Below, one piece after another: positions 9,151 to 18,396 of a stretch of 64,000 nucleotides of DNA. Position 1 is the first letter of the stretch. The number at the start of each line of letters is the position of its first letter. The notes below the pieces were generated by a model that did no database searches, had not been told where the DNA came from, and saw only the letters and a program-made list of their open reading frames with translations. The position numbers and the translations under genes are program-made. Origin of the DNA: an uncultured delta proteobacterium (lineage in GTDB: Bacteria; Desulfobacterota; Desulfobulbia; Desulfobulbales; Desulfocapsaceae); assembly GCA_903875445.1 (NCBI GenBank), contig CAIQWD010000027.1, positions 43,223-107,222 of the forward strand, in the 5' to 3' direction.

Positions 9151-12100
9151 ATGAAACAGACCAGCGAAGCCGCCTTTGAAACCGCCATCGAGGCCGTATT
9201 GCTGGCCGATGGGTATCAGAAGCTAGGGTCCAGCGAGTTCGACCGCGAGCGGGCAATCTTTCCTGAAGTGGCGTTGGATTTCATTCGCGCAACCCAGGCC
9301 AAAACCTGGGACAAACTGCAAACCCTGCACGGCGAGCAGACCGGCGACAGAGTGCTGGAAGCACTCTGTAAATGGCTGGACACCTACGGGGTGTTAGCTA
9401 CGCTGCGCCATGGCTTCAAGTGTTTCGGCAAGACTCTGCGCATCGCCTTCTTCCGCCCGGCGCATGGCCTCAACCCAGAGCTTGAGGCGCGCTATCAGGC
9501 CAACCGGCTGGGCCTGACACGGCAACTGCATTTCAGCCCCAAGAATGAAAAGTCGCTGGATGTGGTGCTGTCGGTCAACGGCGTGCCGGTGGTGACGCTG
9601 GAACTGAAGAACCCGCTTTCCGGCCAGTCGTTGGCCAATGCCATCCACCAATATCGCCATGACCGCGATCCGCGTGAGCTGATCTTTCAGTTCACCAAGC
9701 GCACGTTGGTGCATTTTGCCGTGGACACGGAAGAGGTGCACATGACCACCCGCCTGGCCGGCGCCGGCAGCCATTTCTTACCCTTCAACCGGGGTAATCA
9801 GGGGGGCGCCGGCAATGAACCCGACACGGCGGGCCGCAACTACAAGACGGCCTATCTGTGGGAAGAGGTCTTGCAACGTGACAGCCTGCTCGATCTGCTG
9901 GCCCGCTTTCTCCATCTGGACGTGCAGGAGAAGATTGCCGAAGACGGCAAGAAGATGCGCAAGGAAACCATGATCTTCCCGCGTTATCACCAGTTGCAGG
10001 CCGTACGCCGGATGGTTGCGGCAGCGGGTGTCGAAGGCGTGGGACACACCTACCTGGTCGAGCATTCGGCGGGGAGCGGCAAGAGCAACACCATCGGCTG
10101 GCTGGCGCATCGTCTTTCCTCGCTGCATAACGACAATGACCAGCGGATTTTCGACAGCGTGGTGGTGATCACCGATCGGGTGGTGCTGGATCGGCAGTTG
10201 CAGAATACCATCTACCAGTTCGACCACCGCCAGGGCGTGGTGCAGAAGATCGACGAAGACTCACGCCAGTTGGCCGAGGCACTGGAATCCGGGGTGCCGA
10301 TCGTTATCACCACCTTGCAGAAGTTTCCATTTGTGTCCGGGCAGTTGATGAAGCTTTCGGAGGAGCACGGTGGTCCCTCTCGGGCGTCCTGCCCTCCGGG
10401 ACATAAGCCCATCCCTGGGCAAAAAAAAGGTTCCAGCCATTTGCCGATGCGCCAATATGCGGTGATTATCGATGAGGCCCACAGTTCACAGTCCGGCGAA
10501 ACCGCCACTGAACTAAAAGGTGTTTTGGGTGGTGCTCAGCTGCGTCAATTAGCCCGGCAAATGGCCGAGGAAGAAGGCAAAGTTGAATTGGAGCGCCTGT
10601 TCCGTTCCATGGCCAAACGTGGTCACCAACCGAACATGAGTTTCTTCGCCTTCACCGCCACGCCCAAACACAAAACCCTGGCCATCTTCGGCAGGGGCGG
10701 TGAACCCTTCCACCGCTATACCATGCGGCAGGCCATCGAAGAGGAATTTATCGAGGATGTGCTGGCCAGCTATGTGACCTACAAGACCTATTACAAACTC
10801 ATCAAGAAAGCGGAGGACGATCCCAACGTCGAGCGCAAGAAGGCGGCTCGGGCGCTCGCCCGCTTTATGCGACTGCACCCGCACAATATCGGGCAAAAGA
10901 CCGAGGTGATGGTCGAGCATTTCCAGCAGCATACCCGGCATAAGATCGGTGGTCGCGCCAAGGCCATGGTGGTAACCGGCTCGCGGCTGGAGGCGGTGCG
11001 TTACAAGCAGGAGTTTGATCGCTACATAGGCGAGAAGGGCTATCCCATCAAGAGTCTGGTGGCCTTTTCCGGCATTGTTGAAGATGATAAGCTGCCCGAG
11101 AAGACCTACACCGAGGTTGCAATGAACTCCGGGGTAAAAGAGAAGGAGCTGCCCGATACCTTTGCCAAGCCCGATTACCGTGTGTTGCTGGTTGCCGAGA
11201 AATATCAGACCGGTTTTGACCAGCCGTTGTTGCATACCATGTACGTTGACAAGCGGTTGGCGGGCATTCAGGCGGTGCAGACTTTGTCACGGTTGAATCG
11301 GACGCATCCGCTGAAGGACGATACCTTTGTCCTCGATTTCGTCAATGACCCGAGCGAGATTCAAGAGGCCTTTCGTCAGTACTACGAAGGCTCGGTGATG
11401 GGCGAGCAAGTGGACCCGGACAAGCTCTATGAGGTGAAAGCAGAGCTTGATGCCTCGGGCATGTATCTGCAACCCGAGGTGGACGACTTTACTGCCATCT
11501 TCTTTGCTCCCAAACGCCGCCAGAGCCCGTCCGATCACAAAGCCATGAATGCGATCCTTGATCAGGCGGTGGCGCGGTTTCGGCAGTTGCAAATTACCGA
11601 AGAGGAGGAGGCCGAATTGTGGCGCGGCAAGATGCAGGCCTTTCGTAATCTCTACAGTTTTTTGAGCCAGGTGATACCCTATCAGGACAGTGATCTGGAG
11701 AAGTTATTCACCTACTTGCGGCATCTCGCCTTGAAATTGCCAAAGCGTAAGAGCGGCCCCGGCTATCAATTCGATGAAGAGGTTGAACTCGATTACTACC
11801 GGTTACAGAAGATCAGTGAAGGTTCCATCAGTTTAAGCGAAGGCTACGCCAAACCGCTCGATGGGCCGCGCGAGGTGGGCACGGGCGAGGTTCGCGAAGA
11901 GTACGTGACACTGTCACGCCTGATCGACATCATCAATGAGCGCTTTGGCAGCGAGATGAATGAAGCGGATCAGCTCTTTTTCGATCAAATCGCCGAGGCG
12001 GCAAGTAGGAATGAATCACTGCAAAAAGCTGCGGGAGTCAATTCTCTTGATAAATTTCAACTGGTGTTCCGGCAGGTTCTCGAATCGTTGTTTATTGAGC

Positions 12101-12246
12101 GTATGGATCTTAATGAAGGGCTGTTTACCGATTATATGAGTAAACCTGAAATGCAGGAGCTTGTATCCAAGTGGCTGGGAACCCAGGTGTATGATCGATT
12201 GGCCGGGGTTGAAAAACGGCAACATTCGGAATTACTTGCTAAGTGA
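9151..12246 (+). CDS. hsdR: Type I R-M restriction/motor subunit
   Basis: Nuclease motif DVVLSVNGVPVVTLELKN, PRYHQL, HSAGSGKS (Walker A), IIDEAHSSQ, FTATPK, KYQTGFDQP and QTLSRLNR. Confidence 0.95.
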   Translation: MKQTSEAAFETAIEAVLLADGYQKLGSSEFDRERAIFPEVALDFIRATQAKTWDKLQTLHGEQTGDRVLEALCKWLDTYGVLATLRHGFKCFGKTLRIAFFRPAHGLNPELEARYQANRLGLTRQLHFSPKNEKSLDVVLSVNGVPVVTLELKNPLSGQSLANAIHQYRHDRDPRELIFQFTKRTLVHFAVDTEEVHMTTRLAGAGSHFLPFNRGNQGGAGNEPDTAGRNYKTAYLWEEVLQRDSLLDLLARFLHLDVQEKIAEDGKKMRKETMIFPRYHQLQAVRRMVAAAGVEGVGHTYLVEHSAGSGKSNTIGWLAHRLSSLHNDNDQRIFDSVVVITDRVVLDRQLQNTIYQFDHRQGVVQKIDEDSRQLAEALESGVPIVITTLQKFPFVSGQLMKLSEEHGGPSRASCPPGHKPIPGQKKGSSHLPMRQYAVIIDEAHSSQSGETATELKGVLGGAQLRQLARQMAEEEGKVELERLFRSMAKRGHQPNMSFFAFTATPKHKTLAIFGRGGEPFHRYTMRQAIEEEFIEDVLASYVTYKTYYKLIKKAEDDPNVERKKAARALARFMRLHPHNIGQKTEVMVEHFQQHTRHKIGGRAKAMVVTGSRLEAVRYKQEFDRYIGEKGYPIKSLVAFSGIVEDDKLPEKTYTEVAMNSGVKEKELPDTFAKPDYRVLLVAEKYQTGFDQPLLHTMYVDKRLAGIQAVQTLSRLNRTHPLKDDTFVLDFVNDPSEIQEAFRQYYEGSVMGEQVDPDKLYEVKAELDASGMYLQPEVDDFTAIFFAPKRRQSPSDHKAMNAILDQAVARFRQLQITEEEEAELWRGKMQAFRNLYSFLSQVIPYQDSDLEKLFTYLRHLALKLPKRKSGPGYQFDEEVELDYYRLQKISEGSISLSEGYAKPLDGPREVGTGEVREEYVTLSRLIDIINERFGSEMNEADQLFFDQIAEAASRNESLQKAAGVNSLDKFQLVFRQVLESLFIERMDLNEGLFTDYMSKPEMQELVSKWLGTQVYDRLAGVEKRQHSELLAK
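10382..10428 (+). repeat. Twin mini-hairpin segment in frame within hsdR
   Basis: GGGC-GTCCT-GCCC (10382-10394) and GCCCA-TCCC-TGGGC (10407-10420), followed by A8. It encodes the Pro/Gly-rich stretch GPSRASCPPGHKPIPGQKK. Confidence 0.5.
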
Positions 12247-12300
12247 AGATAAAGACGTTGAAAATGACGTCGAGCAACTCATGAAGGAGGCGGTACAGGC

Positions 12301-13058
12301 ATGAGTAGGGAAAAAGCTGCGAGTTTTCGCCCAACCGCCATGGGCCAGTTTCTAGTCTACGAGGCTGAAGATGGCCGCATTAAGATCGATGTGCGGTTGG
12401 AGAATGAGACGGTCTGGTTGACTCAACGCTTGATGGCCGAGCTGTTCCAGAAGGATGTGCGGACGATCAACGAACATATCCAGAATGTCTATGAAGAGCG
12501 CGAACTGGAGCCGGAGGCAACTATCCGGAAATTCCGGATAGTTCAAAAAGAGGGGGCACGGGACGTCACTCGGATGGTTGATTTCTTCAAGACCGTGCAG
12601 AACAAGATGCACTGGGCGATCACCGGCAAAACCGCGGCTGAAATTGTCCACAGTCGTGCCGATGCCGACAAGGCCAACATGGGGTTGACCAACTGGCGCG
12701 ACGCGAAGGTACGCAAACAGGACGTAGCCATCGCCAAAAACTATCTGGACGCAGGTGAACTGGCGGCACTGAATAATCGGTGGAGCAATACCTGATCTTC
12801 GCCGAAGGCCAGGCCATGCGCCGCATCCCCATGCATATGGATGACTGGCTGAAAAAGCTCGACGCCTTTTTGAATATCAACGACCGTGATATCCTTTGCC
12901 ATGCCGGCAAAATCTCCCATGAGATGGCGCGGCTGGCAGTGGAAGACGAATATGAGAAATTTCACCGCAAACAGATTGCCGAACTCGACCGGATGGGCAA
13001 TGAATTTGACAGATTGGCCCAACAACTGCCTGGTGGCAAACGGGGGAAACAAGAATGA
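12301..13058 (+). pseudogene. rhuM: RhuM-family protein, internally deleted and frameshifted
   Basis: The N-terminus (ETVWLTQRLMAELFQKDVRTINEHI) runs directly into FFKTVQNKMHWAITGKTAAE. The frame breaks near 12778 and continues as VEQYLIFAEGQAMRRIPMHM..W..KLDAFL...ISHEMA. Confidence 0.8.
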
Positions 13059-13329
13059 AGCTGACCATGCAGCAGCAAGACCTCCAAGGAACTCCAGGTC
13101 GGGATTGCCAGATCCGAAGACACGGTTCCCCCGCCTGTTTTTTTTATCGGCAAAAAAAGAGTCTGAAGAGCCGGCTGGATATTTGACTTTTAACTCTTTC
13201 CGGTGATAGGCTAAAGAGGGCTAATGCTGTTTTTCTGTACGATGTCGCTCAGGGAATGCGGAGAGTGCCAATGGTAAGAGTTTGCCGGGGTATTGCAAGC
13301 GTTTCTCTACTCGCCGGGGAGGATAGGCT

Positions 13330-15171
13330 GTGCGTATGCATACGATGACAACGCATTATTGGCTCTCCGATGCGCAGGGGCGATTGCTGGAAACGGACGC
13401 GACCCTGGGCGAATTGCTCGGCTATTCCCTGCCGCAATTGCAGGCTTTTGCCGTCACCGATCTGGAGGTCGGATTGGTTTTACAACCGACCTCAGCCGTT
13501 CGGCAACGGGAGACCTACTACCGTAAAAGCGACGGCACCCTGCTCAAGATGAGCTGCTGTACCCGCTATCTGGCGGATAAAGACGAGCAGTATTTCACCT
13601 TCCTGCAAGAAATTTGCCCTGACAGTGAGCCATCCGGGCCTGGGGCTCAGTCCTCCATGCTGCACCTCATACTCGAGTCGCAACCGAGCAAGATAGTGCT
13701 TTTCAATCTTCAGTCTGAGGCACTCTGGCTGAATAAGAGCGCCTGTCGGAGTAGCGGTCGCGACCTTTTTGCCCTTCTTGGTAAAAAGTGCCATGAAATA
13801 TGGCCGGGATGTGGTGACAAGGGCTGTAACAATTGTCCGGTAGCACAGGTTATTGCCTCGAAAAAGATTGAACAGCGGAAGATGTCAATGCCGAACAACC
13901 GGCGGTGGCGGGTGACCACCATCCCGATAGAGGATGATACCGGAAAACTGCAGAATGTATTGTATGTAGGCGATGATATTACCGAATACCTGACCATTGA
14001 CAAGGAGGTTCGGCAGACGCATAAACTCGAGTCCCTTGGCACCTTAGCCGGAGGTATTGCCCATGATTTTAATAACATACTCTCGGGGATAGTCGGCTAT
14101 ACGGAACTTTCCCTGGCTATTGTCAAAGAGGAGGGAGCACTTAAGGACTATTTGTTGGAGCTGGCCCAGGCCGGGAAGCGGGCAACCGCCCTGGTACGCC
14201 AGATTCTCACCTTTACCAGACGAGGTGAAGGAAAACTGGTGAATACGGAAATTCCGATTATTGCCAAGGAGGTATTGCAACTGCTGCGCTCGACCCTGCC
14301 CACTACCATCGAACTGAAGAAAAAAATCGACAACAATGTAGCCCCGGTACTCGCCGACCCGGTACAGATTCACCAGATCATCATGAACCTCTGCACCAAT
14401 GCCAGCCACGCCATGGAACCGTATGGCGGGGTGCTCACCGTCACCATCGGCAAGGCGGTCTTGCCCCCGCAGTTTTTTGAACGTAACCGCGATCTTCTGC
14501 CTGGCGAGTATCTGCAGTTGTCGGTCAGTGACACGGGTTGTGGCATGAACCAGGAGGTGGTGGCTTCAATCTTTGATCCCTATTTTACCACCAAACCGCC
14601 GGGTCAGGGCACCGGCCTCGGGCTTTCCGTGGTGCACGGCATCGTCAAGGATTGCGGTGGCCATATTACGGTCGATTCGTCGGTGGGTCGCGGCTCAACC
14701 TTCACCATCTATCTGCCGACGGTAGAAAGAACTGTTTCCCATGATGTGGTTACGGTAATCGGCGGCAGGCTGGGCGGTACGGAGACCATCCTGGTGGTCG
14801 ACGATGAACCGGTAATTCTCGAAGTGACCAAGATCTATCTGCAAATGCAGGGGTATAAGGTGCAGACGGAGAAGAACAGTCAGGCGGCACTCAATACCTT
14901 CCGTGACAACCCGCAGGCTATTGATCTGCTGATCTCGGATGTGACCATGCCGCACCTGACCGGGGATCGCCTGGCCAGGGAATGTTTGGCGGTGCGCCCC
15001 GATTTACCGATAATTCTTATGACCGGGTATACCGATCTGGTAACGGATCAATCCCTGCAGGACCTGGGGGTTCGGGCCTTGATGATGAAACCGCTGGTCG
15101 GCAAGACCTTTCTCACCAAGGTTCGGCGTCTGCTTGACGAAGGCAAGGAGGCTAAGCAGGCCAATCAGTAA
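13330..15171 (+). CDS. PAS hybrid sensor histidine kinase / receiver
   Basis: H-box LAGGIAHDFNNIL, N-box QIIMNLCTNA, G boxes DTGCGM / FTTK / GTGLGLS and receiver ILVVDDE...LLISDVTMP. Confidence 0.92.
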   Translation: MRMHTMTTHYWLSDAQGRLLETDATLGELLGYSLPQLQAFAVTDLEVGLVLQPTSAVRQRETYYRKSDGTLLKMSCCTRYLADKDEQYFTFLQEICPDSEPSGPGAQSSMLHLILESQPSKIVLFNLQSEALWLNKSACRSSGRDLFALLGKKCHEIWPGCGDKGCNNCPVAQVIASKKIEQRKMSMPNNRRWRVTTIPIEDDTGKLQNVLYVGDDITEYLTIDKEVRQTHKLESLGTLAGGIAHDFNNILSGIVGYTELSLAIVKEEGALKDYLLELAQAGKRATALVRQILTFTRRGEGKLVNTEIPIIAKEVLQLLRSTLPTTIELKKKIDNNVAPVLADPVQIHQIIMNLCTNASHAMEPYGGVLTVTIGKAVLPPQFFERNRDLLPGEYLQLSVSDTGCGMNQEVVASIFDPYFTTKPPGQGTGLGLSVVHGIVKDCGGHITVDSSVGRGSTFTIYLPTVERTVSHDVVTVIGGRLGGTETILVVDDEPVILEVTKIYLQMQGYKVQTEKNSQAALNTFRDNPQAIDLLISDVTMPHLTGDRLARECLAVRPDLPIILMTGYTDLVTDQSLQDLGVRALMMKPLVGKTFLTKVRRLLDEGKEAKQANQ

Positions 15172-16016
15172 CGCAGGACCTTCGGTTCCCGCCAGTCGGT
15201 GTCAAACCCCAGTTCGCTGAGAATGGCGATGCCCGTCGCCATATTGGCCCCGACATTGCCGACGCCATGCGAATCGTCGCCGGGGACGACGGCGATGCCC
15301 ATGTCCCGGGCCATCTGCAGAATTACCCGGGAGATGTACGGTTCGTCGGCGCTCTTCAGGAGTGAGCGAAGGTTGAAATCCATAAGCAGATCGAGTTCTT
15401 TGATGAGTTCCAGGTTTCTCTTGATTTTGGCCATTATCTGCGGTTGTAGCAGTCTTGCCTTGTAATCGGGATCGAAGATGCGAATGAGATCGAAATGGCC
15501 GACCACGGACGGCCTAAGTAACTGGAGCATCTCATACTGTTGGTCAAAATAGCGGCAATACAGCTCGTCTTTGCCGCCGACGGCTGCTGCCGTCTGGTCG
15601 TATTGTTCGCGGGAATAATCAAAACCCATATTGTCGACGAAATGCACCGAGCCGACCACATAGTCCGGTTGGAAAGTAGCGATCAGATACGGCATGAACT
15701 CTTTGTAACCACTGTAGGTTTCGCTTTCGATAGCGGCAAAGATCCTGATCTGCGAACGGTATTTTTCCTGGAGCCTGCGGCATTCGGTCATATACAGGGA
15801 AAAACGCTTAAGGAGAAACTCGGGCGTCAGCCCCGCCGCCTGCTGATCGGGATAGAGCAATTCCTGTCTTATTCCTGGGGCGTGTTCGGTGATTCCCACC
15901 CAGGGAAATTGCTTGGCGATATATTGCTGAATAATTTCTTCCAGCGTGTTGGTTGCATGGTGACAGAACTGGCCGCTATGGCCGCCGTGGACGGATACGG
16001 ATGCGATGTTTTTCAT
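15165..16016 (-). CDS. PHP-family histidinol-phosphatase (HisJ-like)
   Basis: HGGHSGQFCHHA, GITEH, VVGSVH, GHFDLI and GDDSH metal motifs. Confidence 0.8.
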   Translation of the reverse strand: MKNIASVSVHGGHSGQFCHHATNTLEEIIQQYIAKQFPWVGITEHAPGIRQELLYPDQQAAGLTPEFLLKRFSLYMTECRRLQEKYRSQIRIFAAIESETYSGYKEFMPYLIATFQPDYVVGSVHFVDNMGFDYSREQYDQTAAAVGGKDELYCRYFDQQYEMLQLLRPSVVGHFDLIRIFDPDYKARLLQPQIMAKIKRNLELIKELDLLMDFNLRSLLKSADEPYISRVILQMARDMGIAVVPGDDSHGVGNVGANMATGIAILSELGFDTDWREPKVLRY

Positions 16017-16033
16017 TCTCTACGGTAACCTTA

Positions 16034-16444
16034 TTAGTGCAGGAATTTTCCCGTGCTGGACATGGCCAGATTGGCGTCACGCACCCCTCGGAGGGCACTG
16101 AGACGATCGGCAAGTTCCTGGACATCCTTGGCCTTGCCCCGCACGACGATGACTTCGAGACAGTTATCGTGGTCCATATGCACATGGGTGGTGGAGACGA
16201 TATGGTGATGGTAGTCGTGCTGCACCAGGGTGACTTTTTCCTGCAGTTTATGCTGGTGGTGGTCATAGACCAGGCTGATGACGCCCATGACGGTTTTGTC
16301 CGCCTGCCACTCGTCCTTGATAAAGGTCTTACGGATCAGATCGCGGATTGCCTCCGAGCGGTTGGTGTAGCTGCGGGCGGTGATATGTTCGTCAAAGATC
16401 GTCAACAGTTCCTCTTCAAGGGATATGGAGAATCTTTTCAGCAT
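16034..16444 (-). CDS. nikR: Nickel-responsive regulator (start MLKRF at 16444)
   Basis: RHH N-terminus RFSISL...NRSEAIRDLIR, YDHH, H.H.DHDNCLEV and SD GGAGG upstream. Confidence 0.92.
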   Translation of the reverse strand: MLKRFSISLEEELLTIFDEHITARSYTNRSEAIRDLIRKTFIKDEWQADKTVMGVISLVYDHHQHKLQEKVTLVQHDYHHHIVSTTHVHMDHDNCLEVIVVRGKAKDVQELADRLSALRGVRDANLAMSSTGKFLH

Positions 16445-16634
16445 GGAATTGTACCTCCTGACATTGTGATAAACGGGACATTTTTCGGTACTTCCGCGAG
16501 GTGGCCGCCTCCTTGCCGCGAAGGTGGGCAATCGGCGGCAGGCGGCGCATTCGGGACTCACTATATAAGGTCAGTGCCAGAACTGCAAGTCGCAAGTATT
16601 GGAGGAAAAACGGAAAACTTCCGGTGTTTGCCGG

Positions 16635-16673
16635 TCCGAACAAATTGTAAATAGAATTGACAATTTGTTCGGA
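16635..16673. promoter_or_regulatory. Perfect 14-bp inverted repeat (terminator or operator) between the MFS gene and nikR
   Basis: TCCGAACAAATTGT-N11-ACAATTTGTTCGGA. Confidence 0.55.
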
Positions 16674-16701
16674 ACACACTGTCGCCAGGCGACTGGTTCC
16701 T

Positions 16702-18060
16702 TCAACCAATTTTCCGGTAATCATCGGTGCCGCGGAGACGGTACAGACAAAAGAGGATTGTCAGGATAAGGCCGACCGCCGCATACCACGGAAACCAGCC
16801 GATGGCTTCTCGGAAGGCAAAGTTTTCAACCGCCGCCGCACTCCAATCGGGATGGGCGGTTTTTCCTCCCTCACGAATGCCGGTTATGAGCAGGGCAAAG
16901 AGAAAGCCGATGGTGCCGTAGGCAAGGTTGAAGGCCAGGCCTTTAAAGCTGAGGACGGTTGCCCGTTGATGCGATGCGGTGATGCGGTTGAGGTAATGGC
17001 TGGTGAAAAAGGAGACCAGCATCAGGGCGGTAAAGACCAGGGCCATCGGCAGCAGGCCCCAGTAAGGGTAAAAGCCGGTGAGACCGATGAGACCGAGAAG
17101 GGTTATCCCGGACACCCAGTAGACATTGACGGTCGGCGAGTTTTTCGCCACCATCCGTTCGGCAATTTTCGGGGTCACCAAACCGAGAACGGCCATGGCC
17201 GAGCCGATCAGGCCGAAACTTGCCTCCGGCAGGTCGATGAGACGAAAGTATTGACTGGTCATGGTGACGATCATCCGCAGGACGTGGTCGTATAAGGTGC
17301 CGAGAAGGATAACCGCCAGGGCAAAAGGCGTCTTCGCCAGCCAGACCGCCGCCTCCAGGGTCTTGCGCAGGGCGGCAACGGCGGTGGAGCCCCCGCCGGT
17401 CGTTTTTTCACGGCGCTTTTCCTGCATTTTCAGCGCCGTTACGGTGGCGAGGATCGCCAGCACAAGGGTCAGATAGATGGGGTAGCGCATGCTCATCTGC
17501 TGGGTGACGGTAGCGGTGGAGCCGAAGAAGGCCAGCAGTCGGTTGACCATGTGCGGATCATAGACCAGGGCACCGACCGTCATGGTGATGACCGAGGCGA
17601 TGGAGCGCAACCGCATCTGGACGCTGAGCACCTGCGGCCAATGGTCGGGATTGCCTTCGGCGACCAGCGAGTCGTAGGCAATGGCCTCGTCGGCACCGCT
17701 GGCCATGGCTTCGGCCAGGCCGCTGAGAACACGGTTGATGAGAAAGACCGTGAAAATAAGACTGCTGTTGCCCAAGGGGACGAAGGCCAAGAGGCTCATC
17801 TCCACCACCATGATAATCGCGGTTCCGACCAAGAGGTATTTGCGGCTGAGGATATCGGCAAGCGCCCCGGACGGTATCTCGGCGCAGACGATGGTGATCG
17901 CCCAGACGGTGTTCAGCAGGGAGAACTGCTCAATGGAGAGGCCGTAATCGAGAAAGAGTATGGTGAAAACCGGATAGTAAAAACGGGCATTGAAGAACAC
18001 CCGCAGGGCGATGAACAGTCGGATATTGGGGATGGAAAAAGGTGAAGATGGCGTTGACAT
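16702..18060 (-). CDS. MFS transporter
   Basis: About 12 hydrophobic segments. EIPSGALADILSRK, SGADEAIAYDSL and RATVLSF. Confidence 0.85.
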   Translation of the reverse strand: MSTPSSPFSIPNIRLFIALRVFFNARFYYPVFTILFLDYGLSIEQFSLLNTVWAITIVCAEIPSGALADILSRKYLLVGTAIIMVVEMSLLAFVPLGNSSLIFTVFLINRVLSGLAEAMASGADEAIAYDSLVAEGNPDHWPQVLSVQMRLRSIASVITMTVGALVYDPHMVNRLLAFFGSTATVTQQMSMRYPIYLTLVLAILATVTALKMQEKRREKTTGGGSTAVAALRKTLEAAVWLAKTPFALAVILLGTLYDHVLRMIVTMTSQYFRLIDLPEASFGLIGSAMAVLGLVTPKIAERMVAKNSPTVNVYWVSGITLLGLIGLTGFYPYWGLLPMALVFTALMLVSFFTSHYLNRITASHQRATVLSFKGLAFNLAYGTIGFLFALLITGIREGGKTAHPDWSAAAVENFAFREAIGWFPWYAAVGLILTILFCLYRLRGTDDYRKIG

Positions 18061-18094
18061 GACAAATATCCTTTTTGCAATTATTCCGAAAAGA

Positions 18095-18370
18095 TTATTG
18101 ACGCCGGGGAGGTTTATCGGGACCGCGAACCTTGAAGTAGATCACAATGAGTGCCAGGATAAGCGTTGCGCTGTTGGCGAGGATAACAGGCCACAGGCAT
18201 AGCATAACACCATAAACCAACCATAGCGCTACACCGGTTGTGAACAAGATATACATCCACAGCGAAATTGCATGGGTATCATGGGTGCGCATCACCCGCA
18301 CTACCTGCGGTATGAAGGCCGTTGTCGTGAGAAAGGCGGCAAGTATGCCGATTGAAGATGAAAACGCCAT
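18095..18370 (-). CDS. SemiSWEET (PQ-loop) transporter
   Basis: 91 aa with three TM segments. LTTTAFIPQVVRVMRTHDTHAISLWMY and WPVILAN. Confidence 0.88.
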   Translation of the reverse strand: MAFSSSIGILAAFLTTTAFIPQVVRVMRTHDTHAISLWMYILFTTGVALWLVYGVMLCLWPVILANSATLILALIVIYFKVRGPDKPPRRQ

Positions 18371-18396
18371 TTGGAGTCCATTCGCGGTAATGAATT

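Noticed and set aside
13055-13186. 44-codon ORF overlapping the rhuM stop (MKLTMQQQDL...)
   Set aside because: The ATGA overlap hints at another truncated gene, but no family could be recognised.
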